From Terriglobia bacterium (GTDB lineage Bacteria > Acidobacteriota > Terriglobia > 20CM-2-55-15), in contig OZ252023.1 of the NCBI GenBank assembly GCA_965247425.1, positions 488,533 to 552,532 on the forward strand: a stretch of 64,000 nucleotides of DNA. The letters are read 5' to 3'. Shown piece after piece: positions 52,098 to 62,421 of this stretch. Under the pieces are notes generated by a model. It saw only the letters and a list, made by a program, of their open reading frames with translations, was not told where the DNA came from and ran no database searches. How positions within the stretch are numbered: the first letter of the stretch is position 1; each line of letters opens with the position of its first letter. Both the position numbers and the translations under genes were made by a program.

Positions 52098-52418
52098 GAT
52101 ACCGCCGACACCATATCGATTTCAACAATGCGAAAATAGAACTTCCTTAACAATGGGTTTGAATTCGACTCAAATGCCCGCTGGCCGGGCCTCATTCAAC
52201 TTCGACCGAGCTGCTCTTCCGAAATGGCTGCCAGGCCGGACCGCCTTCATTTCAAGTGCGCAATATTGGATGTCTAACTGCTATGATGTATACATTGAGT
52301 TATTTCGTAACGACTCGAAGACCCTCCGACGATCTACCGCGCCACTCCTCGGCTTTCAAACCTGTTTTGAGAACACCGAGACCGTGCCGACATCTCGGTT
52401 CAAAATTACAGGACTATC

Positions 52419-53669
52419 ATGCAGAATGACCGATTCGAAGATCTCTCACTAAGCAAACCCATCCTTCGGGCTCTCAACAAAGAAGGATACCTGAAGCCGA
52501 CTCCCATTCAGAAGGCCGCGATTCCCGCGCTGCTCGAGGGCCGTGACTTGCTTGCCAGCGCGCAGACGGGTACCGGCAAGACCGCGGCGTTCGCGGTTCC
52601 GATTCTCGAACTGCTGGCAGAAGATCCGGACTCGACCGGCTTGCGCGCCGTGGTGTTGACGCCCACCCGCGAGCTTGCGCTTCAGGTGGATGAAAGCTTT
52701 CGTGCATATGGACGCTACCTCAAGATGCGGACGGCCGTTGTGCTTGGCGGGGTTGCGTACGGCCCGCAGATCTCTGCCCTCAAGAAGAACCCGGATATTC
52801 TCGTCGCGACGCCCGGCCGTCTGCTCGATCTGATGGAACAGGGCTATATCTCGTTCGAGAAGGTCGAAATGTTTGTGCTCGACGAAGCGGATCGAATGCT
52901 GGACATGGGTTTCATCTATGACGTTCGTCGGATCACCGACCGACTGCCCAGGGAACGGCAAACCATGTTCTTTTCGGCGACGCTTCCACCCGAGGTTGCA
53001 TCACTGGCGTCGGACATGTTGTGGGAGCCGGCCCGGGTGGCTGTCGCGCCGCCGGCCACCGTGCCCGAGGAGATGATTCAGAGAGCGTTATTCGTGTCGA
53101 GAGGCGACAAACTCGACCTGCTGACCGCTCTGTTGGGATTGCAGAAAATCGAGCGAGCCCTGGTCTTTACCCGGACCAAGCACCGCGCCGATCGTGTCGT
53201 CGACCATCTCATGAGGAAGGGAATCAAGGCGGACGCCATCCATTCGAACAAGACACAGAAGGCCCGACAGCGAGCCCTTGCGGCGTTCGACACCGGCAAA
53301 ACGAGAATTCTGGTGGCCACCGATATCGTGGCCCGAGGCATCGACGTCGAAGGTATCACCCACGTTATCAATTACGAGATGCCGAATGATGCAGAGGGCT
53401 ACGTTCACCGGATCGGAAGAACCGCCCGCGCGGGCGCCAGGGGCATGGCGTTGTCGTTTTGCGACGTCGAAGAAGTCGCCCTGCTCAAGAACATCGAAAG
53501 CCTGACCGGTTATCCGATCGAGAAAGTCTCGCGCCATCGTTTCCATTCGAACGCGATCGCAACGCTTTATGGGGTTGACGATCAAGCGGCGGGGGATGCG
53601 CGGAAACCGCCTCTCCGTTCCGCACGCAGCCGAAGCTTCAGCCCCCGTCGGAGGCGTCTCGGCCGGTAG
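52419..53669 (+). CDS. DEAD-box RNA helicase (RhlE-like)
   Basis: PTPIQ, AQTGTGKT, PTRELA, TPGRLLD, DEAD, SAT, ARGID, HRIGRTAR. Confidence 0.97.
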   Translation: MQNDRFEDLSLSKPILRALNKEGYLKPTPIQKAAIPALLEGRDLLASAQTGTGKTAAFAVPILELLAEDPDSTGLRAVVLTPTRELALQVDESFRAYGRYLKMRTAVVLGGVAYGPQISALKKNPDILVATPGRLLDLMEQGYISFEKVEMFVLDEADRMLDMGFIYDVRRITDRLPRERQTMFFSATLPPEVASLASDMLWEPARVAVAPPATVPEEMIQRALFVSRGDKLDLLTALLGLQKIERALVFTRTKHRADRVVDHLMRKGIKADAIHSNKTQKARQRALAAFDTGKTRILVATDIVARGIDVEGITHVINYEMPNDAEGYVHRIGRTARAGARGMALSFCDVEEVALLKNIESLTGYPIEKVSRHRFHSNAIATLYGVDDQAAGDARKPPLRSARSRSFSPRRRRLGR

Positions 53670-53816
53670 GATTTCGCGAAACAGCGCAGGCCCCGGTTGT
53701 AAACAGAAATTCGCCGCTTTCGAGACATTTCTTCAGAACTCGAACTTCCCTGACGTCGGGCGGGTCGTCGCGGCGAATGCCAGCGACCACACGCTGGTAC
53801 CGACCAGCACGTTCAT
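53670..53816 (-). pseudogene. VapC/PIN toxin 5' remnant
   Basis: MNVLVGTSVWSLA / RRDDPPDVREVRVLKKCLESGEFLFTTG; expected Asp is Gly, frameshifted and truncated; RBS GAGGTG. Confidence 0.6.
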
Positions 53817-53946
53817 ATGTGTCCACCTCTATACATGAGGTTACACATACGTTGCCGACCTTCAAAGGGAACTTCGCCAAGCGGATCGACATCTCTATAA
53901 CGAACGGGGGCACAGTCGAAGTCATTGCCGAACGAAACCCAGACGC

Positions 53947-55332
53947 CTATCGATTCGGGCTCCCGGACCTGTCGTTTTCGGTGGTTTTCATCGCCTCCCG
54001 TTTGGCCATCTCCTGATCGTATTCTTCCTGGCTCAGGTAGGTGACGTCGACCCAGGCATGGGCCATTTCGTCGACCGTGCGGTCACCCCATCCGACCCAT
54101 TGCGTGGGGTCCGGGTTGTTGGGGTTGTTTTCCGTGTTGTCGTGCCAGGCCGTGATGACGATTATCGTGCCGGCGGGCAGGAGCGGTGCCGCGTGGTCGG
54201 CATAGATGTAGTTGACGTGCCAGTTCCACTGAAAGTTGGCCACCTGGCTCAGGATTTCGGTCCGCCCGTCCGGGTAGACCGCTTCCATCGTCATGGTCTT
54301 TCCACGCATGTGCATGTGGGGTTGGAAATTTTCCAGCCGTGACGGCCACTTGAGGACGTGGAATTCCTGCGTCACCGAGACTTCACCCGGTGCGATGTCG
54401 AGTCCATTGCGGCCCCGGGCGTCGAACATCTTCAGCCGCGTCCGGTTGGCGGGTTCGTTGTCTTTCTCATAGAACCAGACGCCGATTTCGACATAGCTCT
54501 GTTCCACCCGTTTGCCGATCGCGTGCATGTGGACTTCCCAGCGGATCTTGGAGTCGGGCAGCATCAACTTACCCGCACCGTCGGGGAAAATTTCTCCCCG
54601 CTTGCCCACGGCCCATTCCATGAACAGTCCCGGTCCGCCCATCGATCCACGACTGCTTGTCTGGACGCTTCCCGCGCTCATCTCGGATTCTTCCTCCTGC
54701 TGCTCGAGGAATGCCAGGACGTGGTGGATGATGGCTTTGCCGTCTTTTCCGATCGGCCGGATCTCGATCGCCCGCACCCATCGCTCTTCGGTCAGCCCGG
54801 TTTCGGTTACGGGCCGGAACCACTTGTCCTGAGTCGCTGCGGCGAGCGTGAAGGGTTCCGAGGCGACGACCAGGTCGGGTGTCCCGAACTGCTCCTCGAA
54901 CTGCCAACCATATGGGTCTGGGAACACGGCCGGCGGAGGCATGTCCCGCTCGTCACCGAAAGGGGTGCCATTGTCGACCCACTGTGTGATCGTTCGGACA
55001 TCGAGATCGCTGAGGCCCCGGTCGTTCTTGAACTCCTGGATTCCGACTGTGCGATCGATGTGCCAGGGCGGCATGACGCGGTTTTCGACCTTGGTTCGGA
55101 TTTGCGGGGCGTATAGTCTGACGTCGTCGAACGACATCAAGGACATGGGCGCGATCGAGCCCGGCTGATGACAGACCTGGCAGTTTTCCTGGATGATGGG
55201 TGCGACGTCGCGGGCATATGTCACATCATTCTGAGGCTCCTGGGCCGATGCGGGAGTCACTCCCAGTGTCGATCCGACTGCCAGTGCGAGTACTCCGCCC
55301 CAAATCGCGCTTCCCGCCGTTTTCCTGATCAT
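53947..55332 (-). CDS. Exported c-type heme + copper monooxygenase-like protein
   Basis: Signal peptide, CQVCH, MPPW, HH and HMH motifs, W.WH..Y, DEM. Confidence 0.75.
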   Translation of the reverse strand: MIRKTAGSAIWGGVLALAVGSTLGVTPASAQEPQNDVTYARDVAPIIQENCQVCHQPGSIAPMSLMSFDDVRLYAPQIRTKVENRVMPPWHIDRTVGIQEFKNDRGLSDLDVRTITQWVDNGTPFGDERDMPPPAVFPDPYGWQFEEQFGTPDLVVASEPFTLAAATQDKWFRPVTETGLTEERWVRAIEIRPIGKDGKAIIHHVLAFLEQQEEESEMSAGSVQTSSRGSMGGPGLFMEWAVGKRGEIFPDGAGKLMLPDSKIRWEVHMHAIGKRVEQSYVEIGVWFYEKDNEPANRTRLKMFDARGRNGLDIAPGEVSVTQEFHVLKWPSRLENFQPHMHMRGKTMTMEAVYPDGRTEILSQVANFQWNWHVNYIYADHAAPLLPAGTIIVITAWHDNTENNPNNPDPTQWVGWGDRTVDEMAHAWVDVTYLSQEEYDQEMAKREAMKTTENDRSGSPNR

Positions 55333-55347
55333 GAGTCGCTCCTCTTC

Positions 55348-56197
55348 TTAACGGTTGACCGTCACCTTCACAAACCCATTCGTCCAACAGCATTGGGAGT
55401 GGCCGGCTCCCCGCACACCGGACGCGTCGTTGGCCCGCACCCTCAAAAAAGTATTCTCCCGGCTCGTCGAACATCGCTTCCGTGGTCATCGCGCCCCCGG
55501 CGGCGGGGACTTCGGCGGTTGCTTCAGTGAACGCCACCCCGCCGGGTCCACTGTGCTTGAACCAGGTCAGGGTTACCGGGACATCGGCCCGGCCGGCCCT
55601 GCCGACGCTACCGGATCTCAATCCGTCATCGGTCGCCCAAACCTTCAGCGCCACACCTTCGCCGACCCGGCCGTCCAACCCGGGTCCCATCAATCCGCCC
55701 GGCGCAGCCCCTTCCGGACCGGATTCGGAGAACCGGAGCATGGGTGGCTTGTTTCCCGTAGTGGCCTCCCCTTCGAGAGCGTCGATCTTCCAGTCCGTCT
55801 TGAGGGTGCCCGGTATCCCATATCTCCCGCCGCGGATAGTGAGGGTCCACACCACCTTTCCTCTGCCGAAATCAGCCGGCACCTGGACCCCGAACACGCC
55901 CCAGTGGCGTCTCGGGTTGAACAGGGTTGGCTGCAGTCCGTCGAACCTGGCGGGTTCGATGAAGTTGTCTTTTCCGAGCGGTATGTCGACGGCTTCTTCC
56001 CAGTTTCGATTCATGTAGCCGAACGAAAGCGTGAACGTGCCATCGGGGTTTTCATACCACCCCTCGTAGACGGGCGTCACAGTCAGGCCTCGGGCGCTTG
56101 TGATCCCGAGAGGAGCCTGAGCTGTGGATGGCGCGACCCCGACCGAGGCGACGGCCAGGGTTGTGGCGGCGATCATCAATAAACGCGTGACGCGCAT
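55348..56197 (-). CDS. Exported hypothetical protein with apparent +1 frameshift in the A6 run at 55445-50
   Basis: Signal peptide, VYEGWY.NPDG..FGYMNRN; one fewer T gives EYFLRVRANDASG...QCCWTNGFVKVTVNR* and removes the overlap with the next gene. Confidence 0.75.
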
Positions 56198-56407
56198 CGA
56201 AATTCTCCTCTCTGCGTCTAACGTGGGGGACCGCGTGGAAAGACCTTGTTTACGTCGTGGTTATGACCTTCGTTTTGTATACCGGGAGAAGTCAGGGGTG
56301 TCAAGAGTTACATAGGAGGCACTCCTGGGTTGCGCCCGGAGGTTGTATACAAAGTGGTCCCTGATTCCAAGGGGAATAACAGATCGCTAATGTGTTACAA
56401 AACAGGA

Positions 56408-58777
56408 ATGATCAAGCGCAGCCTCCTGGCGACCTTCGTTTTGCTCGCCTGTAGTTCTGGCGGGTGGACCACAGTCCATGCCCAGTCGGGCACGACGACG
56501 AATCCAGTTGTCCGGATTGACACCGCTGTCGGCACCTTTTCTATAGAGTTGTTCGAATCAACGACGCCGATCACCGTGGCGAACTTCCTCAGGTATGTCG
56601 AGGACGGGGACTATAACGGATCGTATTTCCATCGTGTTGTCCCCGGTTTTATTCTGCAGGGAGGCGGGTTTGGGGTATCCAATGGCTTTGTGACCCCAAT
56701 TCCCACGGACCCTCCGATCTTGAATGAGTTCAATATCTCCAACACTCGGGGAACCGTGGCGATGGCGAAACTGGGAGGTGATCCCAACAGTGCCACCAGC
56801 CAGTGGTTCGTCAATCTCGTCAACAATGCTGCGAATCTCGATGGTCAGAACGGTGGGTTTACCGTGTTTGGAAGGGTAATCGACGATGGTATGGATGTGG
56901 TCGATGCGATCGCCGGGTTGCCGCTGGCCTCGTTCAACGGCGCCGATGTCCCTGTCTTCGCGGGTAACTTGGTGTTCCTGAACACGGTCGCTCTTGTCGT
57001 GACTGAACTGTCCGCGGCGGCGGGGACACCAGATTCCGTTGCTGCCGGATCCTCCACGCTGCTGACGGTCACAGTTACCCCTGGAAGCGGCCCGGCCAGC
57101 AGTGGCATCACCGTCAACGCGGACCTGTCTTCGATCGGGGGAACGTCTTCACAGAGCTTTTTCGACGACGGCACGAACGGGGACGTTACGGCTGGAGACA
57201 ATGTCTTTTCATTCCGTGCGGATATCCCTGTGTCGAGCACGACGGGAACCCAGTCGATATCGGCAACGGCTACCGATGGTCAGACCCGAACCGCCGGCAC
57301 CTCCATCTCACTCACGTTGACACGGGCAATCGGTACGGAACTGTTTTCGATAACGGATCGCGGAGGGACCTCTCTCTCAAGTCGGGGGACGGCCTCAGTC
57401 CCCACTGTAGGCTATGGCCGGATCCGCCCCGACTCCGGAAGAACGACGCCGTCGGGTCTGGGGATCTTCGGTTTTACATCGAACGGCGTTCTGGTTTCCG
57501 AAGCGGGCGTTCCGGCGGCCGCACGCGTACAGTCCGGTCGGATCTTTGCGGAAGTGAATGGTCCCGTCAACACGGGCCTGGCCATCGCGAACCCGAACGA
57601 CACCGAGGCGACGATCTCGTTTTTCTTCACCGACCTGACCGGGACAAATTCTGCTAGCGGCACCTTGACGCTCGGGGCCAATCAGCAGACCGCGAAGTTC
57701 CTCGGCCAGGAGCCGTTCAATGGCGTGGCCCCGGTTTTGGGCACTTTCACGTTCATATCAAACGTTCCGGTCTCGGTAGTCGCTCTTCGAGGGTTCACCA
57801 ACGAACGTTCAGAATTCCTGATCACCACGCTGCCGGTTGCGCCGTTGTCGACCGCATCGTCGGACACGATCTACTTTCCCCACTTTGCCGATGGGCTGGG
57901 GTGGACGACCCAGGTGATCCTGGTCAACCCGACCGACGCGACGATCACCGGCACCCTGCAGTTCCTGGGGCAGGGAAGCGGCACGTCCGCCGCGGAGCCT
58001 CTGACGCTTGTGCTTGACGACGGGGCCTCCGGATCGAGTTTCGTTTACGCCATACCGCCGCGCACGATCAAGCGGTTCACCACCTCAAATCCCCCCGGTG
58101 CGGTGTCGGTAGGATCCGTTCGGGCGACACCGGATACCGGCAGCACGAGCCCATCCGGCGTCGGGGTGTTTTCCCTGAAGTCCGGAGGCATCACAGTTTC
58201 TGAAGCAGGCGTTCCCGCTCTTCCGGTGGGATCGGCATTCCGAGTCTACGTGGAGGCATCCGGAACGGTCGGGCAGGTGGGATCGGTCCGCAGTGGTCTG
58301 GCGGTGACCGACACATCGGGGACGGCGAACACCGTCACGCTGGATCTCACGAATCTGGATGGGTCTAGTGTAACGGCGGCCCAGACGTTGTCGCTCCCGC
58401 CTTCAGGACAGACGGCCAGATTCATCGATGAACTGTTTTCGTTGCCCGCCGATTTTTCGGGAGTGCTCCGGGTGTCCTCGACGTCCGAGGTAGCCATCGT
58501 TGGACTGAGAGGGCGCACGAATCAGCGTGAGGACTTCCTCATCACCACGACACCGCCATCCAGCGAGGTGGGCGCGACCACCAGCGTGGATACGTTCTTC
58601 CCGCATCTGGCGGATTCAGGGGGATGGAAGACCCAGTTCGTCCTGTTCAGCGGCACCGCCGGGCAGACTTCATCCGGAACCCTGAGCTTCATCGATCAAG
58701 CCGGTCAGGTCCTGGACCTGTCGGTGACATCGAGCAGCGTCACATCCGGCAACAACCAAGGGTCCGCTCAAGAATAA
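56408..58777 (+). CDS. Exported cyclophilin-type PPIase fused to a DDG..GD..AGD domain and FPHxAD repeats
   Basis: Signal peptide; FHRVVPGFILQGGG, RGTVAMAK, SATSQWFVNL, FTVFGRV; two FPH(F/L)AD.GW modules. Confidence 0.88.
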   Translation: MIKRSLLATFVLLACSSGGWTTVHAQSGTTTNPVVRIDTAVGTFSIELFESTTPITVANFLRYVEDGDYNGSYFHRVVPGFILQGGGFGVSNGFVTPIPTDPPILNEFNISNTRGTVAMAKLGGDPNSATSQWFVNLVNNAANLDGQNGGFTVFGRVIDDGMDVVDAIAGLPLASFNGADVPVFAGNLVFLNTVALVVTELSAAAGTPDSVAAGSSTLLTVTVTPGSGPASSGITVNADLSSIGGTSSQSFFDDGTNGDVTAGDNVFSFRADIPVSSTTGTQSISATATDGQTRTAGTSISLTLTRAIGTELFSITDRGGTSLSSRGTASVPTVGYGRIRPDSGRTTPSGLGIFGFTSNGVLVSEAGVPAAARVQSGRIFAEVNGPVNTGLAIANPNDTEATISFFFTDLTGTNSASGTLTLGANQQTAKFLGQEPFNGVAPVLGTFTFISNVPVSVVALRGFTNERSEFLITTLPVAPLSTASSDTIYFPHFADGLGWTTQVILVNPTDATITGTLQFLGQGSGTSAAEPLTLVLDDGASGSSFVYAIPPRTIKRFTTSNPPGAVSVGSVRATPDTGSTSPSGVGVFSLKSGGITVSEAGVPALPVGSAFRVYVEASGTVGQVGSVRSGLAVTDTSGTANTVTLDLTNLDGSSVTAAQTLSLPPSGQTARFIDELFSLPADFSGVLRVSSTSEVAIVGLRGRTNQREDFLITTTPPSSEVGATTSVDTFFPHLADSGGWKTQFVLFSGTAGQTSSGTLSFIDQAGQVLDLSVTSSSVTSGNNQGSAQE

Positions 58778-58959
58778 CTTCGCAGAATTGGCGCCCAGAT
58801 TTGCGTCAGATTTGGTCGCGACCGATTGAGCAGACCGGAGGAATAGTTCGGCTATTTCGAGGATCTGCGATTGAGGAGCGGCCGAAGATGGCGCGAAGGT
58901 CCCGCGAAGATGGCGTGAAGATGGGATGCCAAAATGTGAAGTTATTCTTGAGCGGGCCC
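58760..58959. mobile_element. MITE copy B
   Basis: TIR gggtccgctcaagaataacttc / gaagttattcttgagcgggccc; body matches 43633-43854. Confidence 0.85.
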
Positions 58960-59847
58960 TAACTTTCTTGCCGATGTGAAGGTTCGTGACGTCCCGCTCA
59001 ATGGATCGATGAACCGGAGTCGTTCCGCGAGAAGCTGGAGGGGGCGATCCCGGTCCTGTTCTTCCCGGATCACCGGGTAGAGAGGATCTCCGACGATGGG
59101 GAACCCGATCGACGCCATGTGAACGCGGATCTGGTGTTTCTTCCCGGTTTCGGGCCGGATCCGGAACAGTCCTTCGACTCCTTGAAGTTGGAGGAGTTCA
59201 ACTTCCGTGATCGCGTTTGTCGTTCCCTCCACGATCCGCCGGCGAAACCACGGTTCTCCTTCCCCGATCCTGTTTTCTATACGCCATCTCTTACAGTTCA
59301 GGGCGGCGGAAACGTGCCCGACCGCCCGGTAGGTCCTCTCGATCGTCGCCTCGGCGAACAGTTGGTGGTATCGGCCCCGGGTGTCGGGTCGGATGCTGAA
59401 CATCACGACGCCGGCCGTCTCCCTGTCCAGGCGGTGCACTGGCGCCAGCGTCGCCAGTCCGGTGCTCCTCTGCAGGCGGACCAGCAGAGATCGCCGGACA
59501 TGGTCGCCCGAAGGTGTGACCGGCATCCCGTGCGGCTTGTCCGCAACAAGTAGATCCCGGTCCCGGTACAGGATCGTCTCTTCCTCGATCGGTTCGGGTT
59601 CGAATGGGACCTCCTTCCTGTAGAAGACGAAGATGCCGTGGCGGTAAGGAGAATCCTCATCGAAGGGTGTGCCGTTGCTCGACGTAACCAATCGTCGTGC
59701 GACCCGCTGATACCAAGTCTCCGGAGGTATTTGCGGGAAACTTGCAATCACATATTCGAGTATCGTTGCCGGTGGAGATTCCAGCTTGGGAAGGTAGAGA
59801 CGGGATGGCGGCGGCGTTTCCGAATTGTCAGGGTCGTCTGGCATCAC
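58942..59847 (-). CDS. RluA-family pseudouridine synthase
   Basis: DKPHG, HRLDRETAG, TGKKHQIRVHM, GDPLY. Confidence 0.93.
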   Translation of the reverse strand: MMPDDPDNSETPPPSRLYLPKLESPPATILEYVIASFPQIPPETWYQRVARRLVTSSNGTPFDEDSPYRHGIFVFYRKEVPFEPEPIEEETILYRDRDLLVADKPHGMPVTPSGDHVRRSLLVRLQRSTGLATLAPVHRLDRETAGVVMFSIRPDTRGRYHQLFAEATIERTYRAVGHVSAALNCKRWRIENRIGEGEPWFRRRIVEGTTNAITEVELLQLQGVEGLFRIRPETGKKHQIRVHMASIGFPIVGDPLYPVIREEQDRDRPLQLLAERLRFIDPLSGTSRTFTSARKLGPAQE

Positions 59848-60988
59848 GATTACTTCCGGAGACCAGCTTATACTCGAAAAGCCTGCAGTCGAGCGCCCCG
59901 TTGAACAGCGGTGTGCGTTTCGAGGCGCTCAGGCGGATCAATTTCGCCAGTCGAAAGTCGGATGTGAAGATGTAAGCTGTCCAGCCGCTGTATTGTTTTT
60001 TCAGGACGTCTCCCAGCCGGGGATAGAATTCCGCGAGTTGCCGCTGCTCGTCCATTCGGACGCCATAGGGTGGGTTCGTAACGATGATGCCGGCCGAGCC
60101 CGGCGCGGGCATGGCCAGCACATCGGCACGTTTCAGACGGACCCGTTGTTCGATTCCGATGGTAGCCAGGTTGGCCCGTGCCAGTTTGAGCGCCCGGCCA
60201 TCCCGGTCGCTTCCAAAAATGGCCGCTTCGGGTTTTTCTATCCTGCGCTCGAGTGCGGCCTGACGCAGTCCGTGCCACGTGTCCCGGTCGAAGCGTTTGA
60301 GCTTTTCAAATCCAAACCGCCGATTTGCGCCGGGCGCCATGTTGGCTGCGATCATAGCCGCCTCGGTCAGGAACGTGCCGCTCCCGCACATCGGGTCGAG
60401 CAAGGGGGTCTCCGGCTCCCAACCGGCTAGTCGCAAGATGCCGGCCGCGAGATTCTCACGCAGGGGCGCGTCTCCGGTGCCGGCCCTGTAGCCGCGTTTG
60501 AACAGGGCATCGCCCGACGTGTCCAGGTAAAGCGTCAATGTGCTTGCCGTGAGGAAGGCATGGATCCGAACATCGGGGTTGCGCGTGTCGACGTCGGGGC
60601 GTCTGTCGCTGGCTGCGCGAAACGCGTCGCAGACAGCGTCTTTGATCTTCAGTGTGGCGAAATTCAGGCTTTTGAGCGGGCTCCTGATCGCGGCGACGTT
60701 GACTCGGATGCTGCGCGACGGGCTGAACCAGTCCGGCCAGGGTAGCCGACGCGCGGCCTCGTAAATGTCCTGCTCTCCACGATAGTCGGAGTGGCCGACT
60801 CGCCAGAGCACCCGGCTGGCGATACGGCTTTCGAGGTTGACGGTGTAGCAGGTCTGATAAGGGCCGGTGAACAGGACGCCACCGTGAACCGACCGTACAT
60901 CGTTTCCCCCGAGCGTCGCCAGTTCAATGGCAAGCACACCTTCAAGGCCTCGCGGGCAAGGGGCAAAAAAATACTCTGTTTCACTCAC
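59828..60988 (-). CDS. THUMP-domain rRNA guanine methyltransferase (RlmL-like)
   Basis: GLE..LA.EL, KRGYR, APLRENLAA, DPMCGSGT, NPPYG. Confidence 0.93.
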   Translation of the reverse strand: MSETEYFFAPCPRGLEGVLAIELATLGGNDVRSVHGGVLFTGPYQTCYTVNLESRIASRVLWRVGHSDYRGEQDIYEAARRLPWPDWFSPSRSIRVNVAAIRSPLKSLNFATLKIKDAVCDAFRAASDRRPDVDTRNPDVRIHAFLTASTLTLYLDTSGDALFKRGYRAGTGDAPLRENLAAGILRLAGWEPETPLLDPMCGSGTFLTEAAMIAANMAPGANRRFGFEKLKRFDRDTWHGLRQAALERRIEKPEAAIFGSDRDGRALKLARANLATIGIEQRVRLKRADVLAMPAPGSAGIIVTNPPYGVRMDEQRQLAEFYPRLGDVLKKQYSGWTAYIFTSDFRLAKLIRLSASKRTPLFNGALDCRLFEYKLVSGSNRDARRP

Positions 60989-61076
60989 GCGCGAGGTTTA
61001 AATTATGAAGTAGGGAGTAACTGCAGGCGCGTCCGTCGGCGCACCCGCAGTGCGGATTCCATCCATCCTGCAATTC

Positions 61077-62258
61077 TCAGTTTTCGCTCGTTGTCGGTTC
61101 CAGCCGCACGACGGGGGTGATGCCACCACGCCGCGCATCAATCGCCAGGTAGATATAGCCATCCGGTCCCTGACGGATGTCGCGGATACGGCCGAACCCT
61201 TCCAGAAGCGTCTCTTCGGCAACCACCTGACGCCCTTCCAGCGTCAGTCGAGCGATCTGCTGACCTGCGAGCCCACCGACGAAAACACTACCTTTCCACG
61301 CGTCGAACCGATCTCCCGTATAGAACATCAGCCCCGAGGTGGCAATCGAAGGCACCCAGTAGTGGATGGGTTGCTCCATGCCGTCCCGACGCGTGCTGTC
61401 ATGTATGGGAATCCTGTCTTCGCCGTAGTTCACGCCATATCCGATCACGGGCCAGCCGTAGTTGAGTCCCGGACGGATGAGGTTGAACTCGTCGCCGCCC
61501 TGCGGGCCATGTTCGGTTTCCCAGAGGTCGCCGGTCTCGGGGTGGATGGCCAGCCCCTGCAGGTTGCGATGTCCGTAGCTCCAGATTTCAGGGCGCATGC
61601 CGGATTGGCCGACGAACGGATTGTCGTCAGGAACCCGTCCATCGTCGTGCAGGCGAATCACCGTTCCCTGGTGATTACTCCTGTCCTGTGCGGGATGGGA
61701 TTCGAGCACTCCTGCCGGCCGGGCTCCCCGATCTCCCACTGTGATGAACAGATAGCCCTCTCGATCGATCACCAGTTTTGAACCGAAGTGGATATTGCGA
61801 CCGCTCCAGGCCCGCGCCTCGAAGATCTCCTCGACCCCCGTCAATCGATTTCCCTCAAGGTGGCCGCGAATGATCGCCGTCGTGCCGTCGCCTTCCTCAT
61901 TCGGCTTCGAGAAGCTGAGGTACAGAAGCCGGTTGGATTCGAAGTCGGGATGAGGCAGGGCCTCCAGCAGGCCCCCCTGTCCCTGGACACGGACCTCGGG
62001 AACGCCCTCGATCGGATCCGGAAGCAGAATCCCGTCTCGAACGACCCTCAGCCGTCCGGCACGTTCCGTGACCAGCATGTCGCCGTTGGGCAGGAAGGCG
62101 ATCGACCATGGGTGATCGAACCCTTCGGCTACCTTGACCACGCGGTATTCCAGGTGCTCGGACTCAAACAACTGCCCCTGCGCCTGGACAGACGTCGCCA
62201 GTCCGAACACGAACAGGCCTCCGAGCATCTGCTTGGAAAAGGATCTCCACTTCATCAT
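61077..62258 (-). CDS. PQQ-dependent sugar dehydrogenase (GSDH/YliI-like)
   Basis: HPWSIAFLP, GQGGLL, YGHRNLQG, EHGPQGGDE.N, GRIRD. Confidence 0.93.
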   Translation of the reverse strand: MMKWRSFSKQMLGGLFVFGLATSVQAQGQLFESEHLEYRVVKVAEGFDHPWSIAFLPNGDMLVTERAGRLRVVRDGILLPDPIEGVPEVRVQGQGGLLEALPHPDFESNRLLYLSFSKPNEEGDGTTAIIRGHLEGNRLTGVEEIFEARAWSGRNIHFGSKLVIDREGYLFITVGDRGARPAGVLESHPAQDRSNHQGTVIRLHDDGRVPDDNPFVGQSGMRPEIWSYGHRNLQGLAIHPETGDLWETEHGPQGGDEFNLIRPGLNYGWPVIGYGVNYGEDRIPIHDSTRRDGMEQPIHYWVPSIATSGLMFYTGDRFDAWKGSVFVGGLAGQQIARLTLEGRQVVAEETLLEGFGRIRDIRQGPDGYIYLAIDARRGGITPVVRLEPTTSEN

Positions 62259-62421
62259 CGACCTCCTCTGCGCGACGCTTGTAAATGGCCACCACCGTCT
62301 CGGAATCCTCGTTGCCTCATCCGGATCGTGGTGTCTGGTTTAAGTTGAAGGCGCGAGGGGGGACTGTCAAGGACAATAGTCGCCCGTTGCCTCGCTCACC
62401 GGGTCGGCAGGTGGCACGCCG

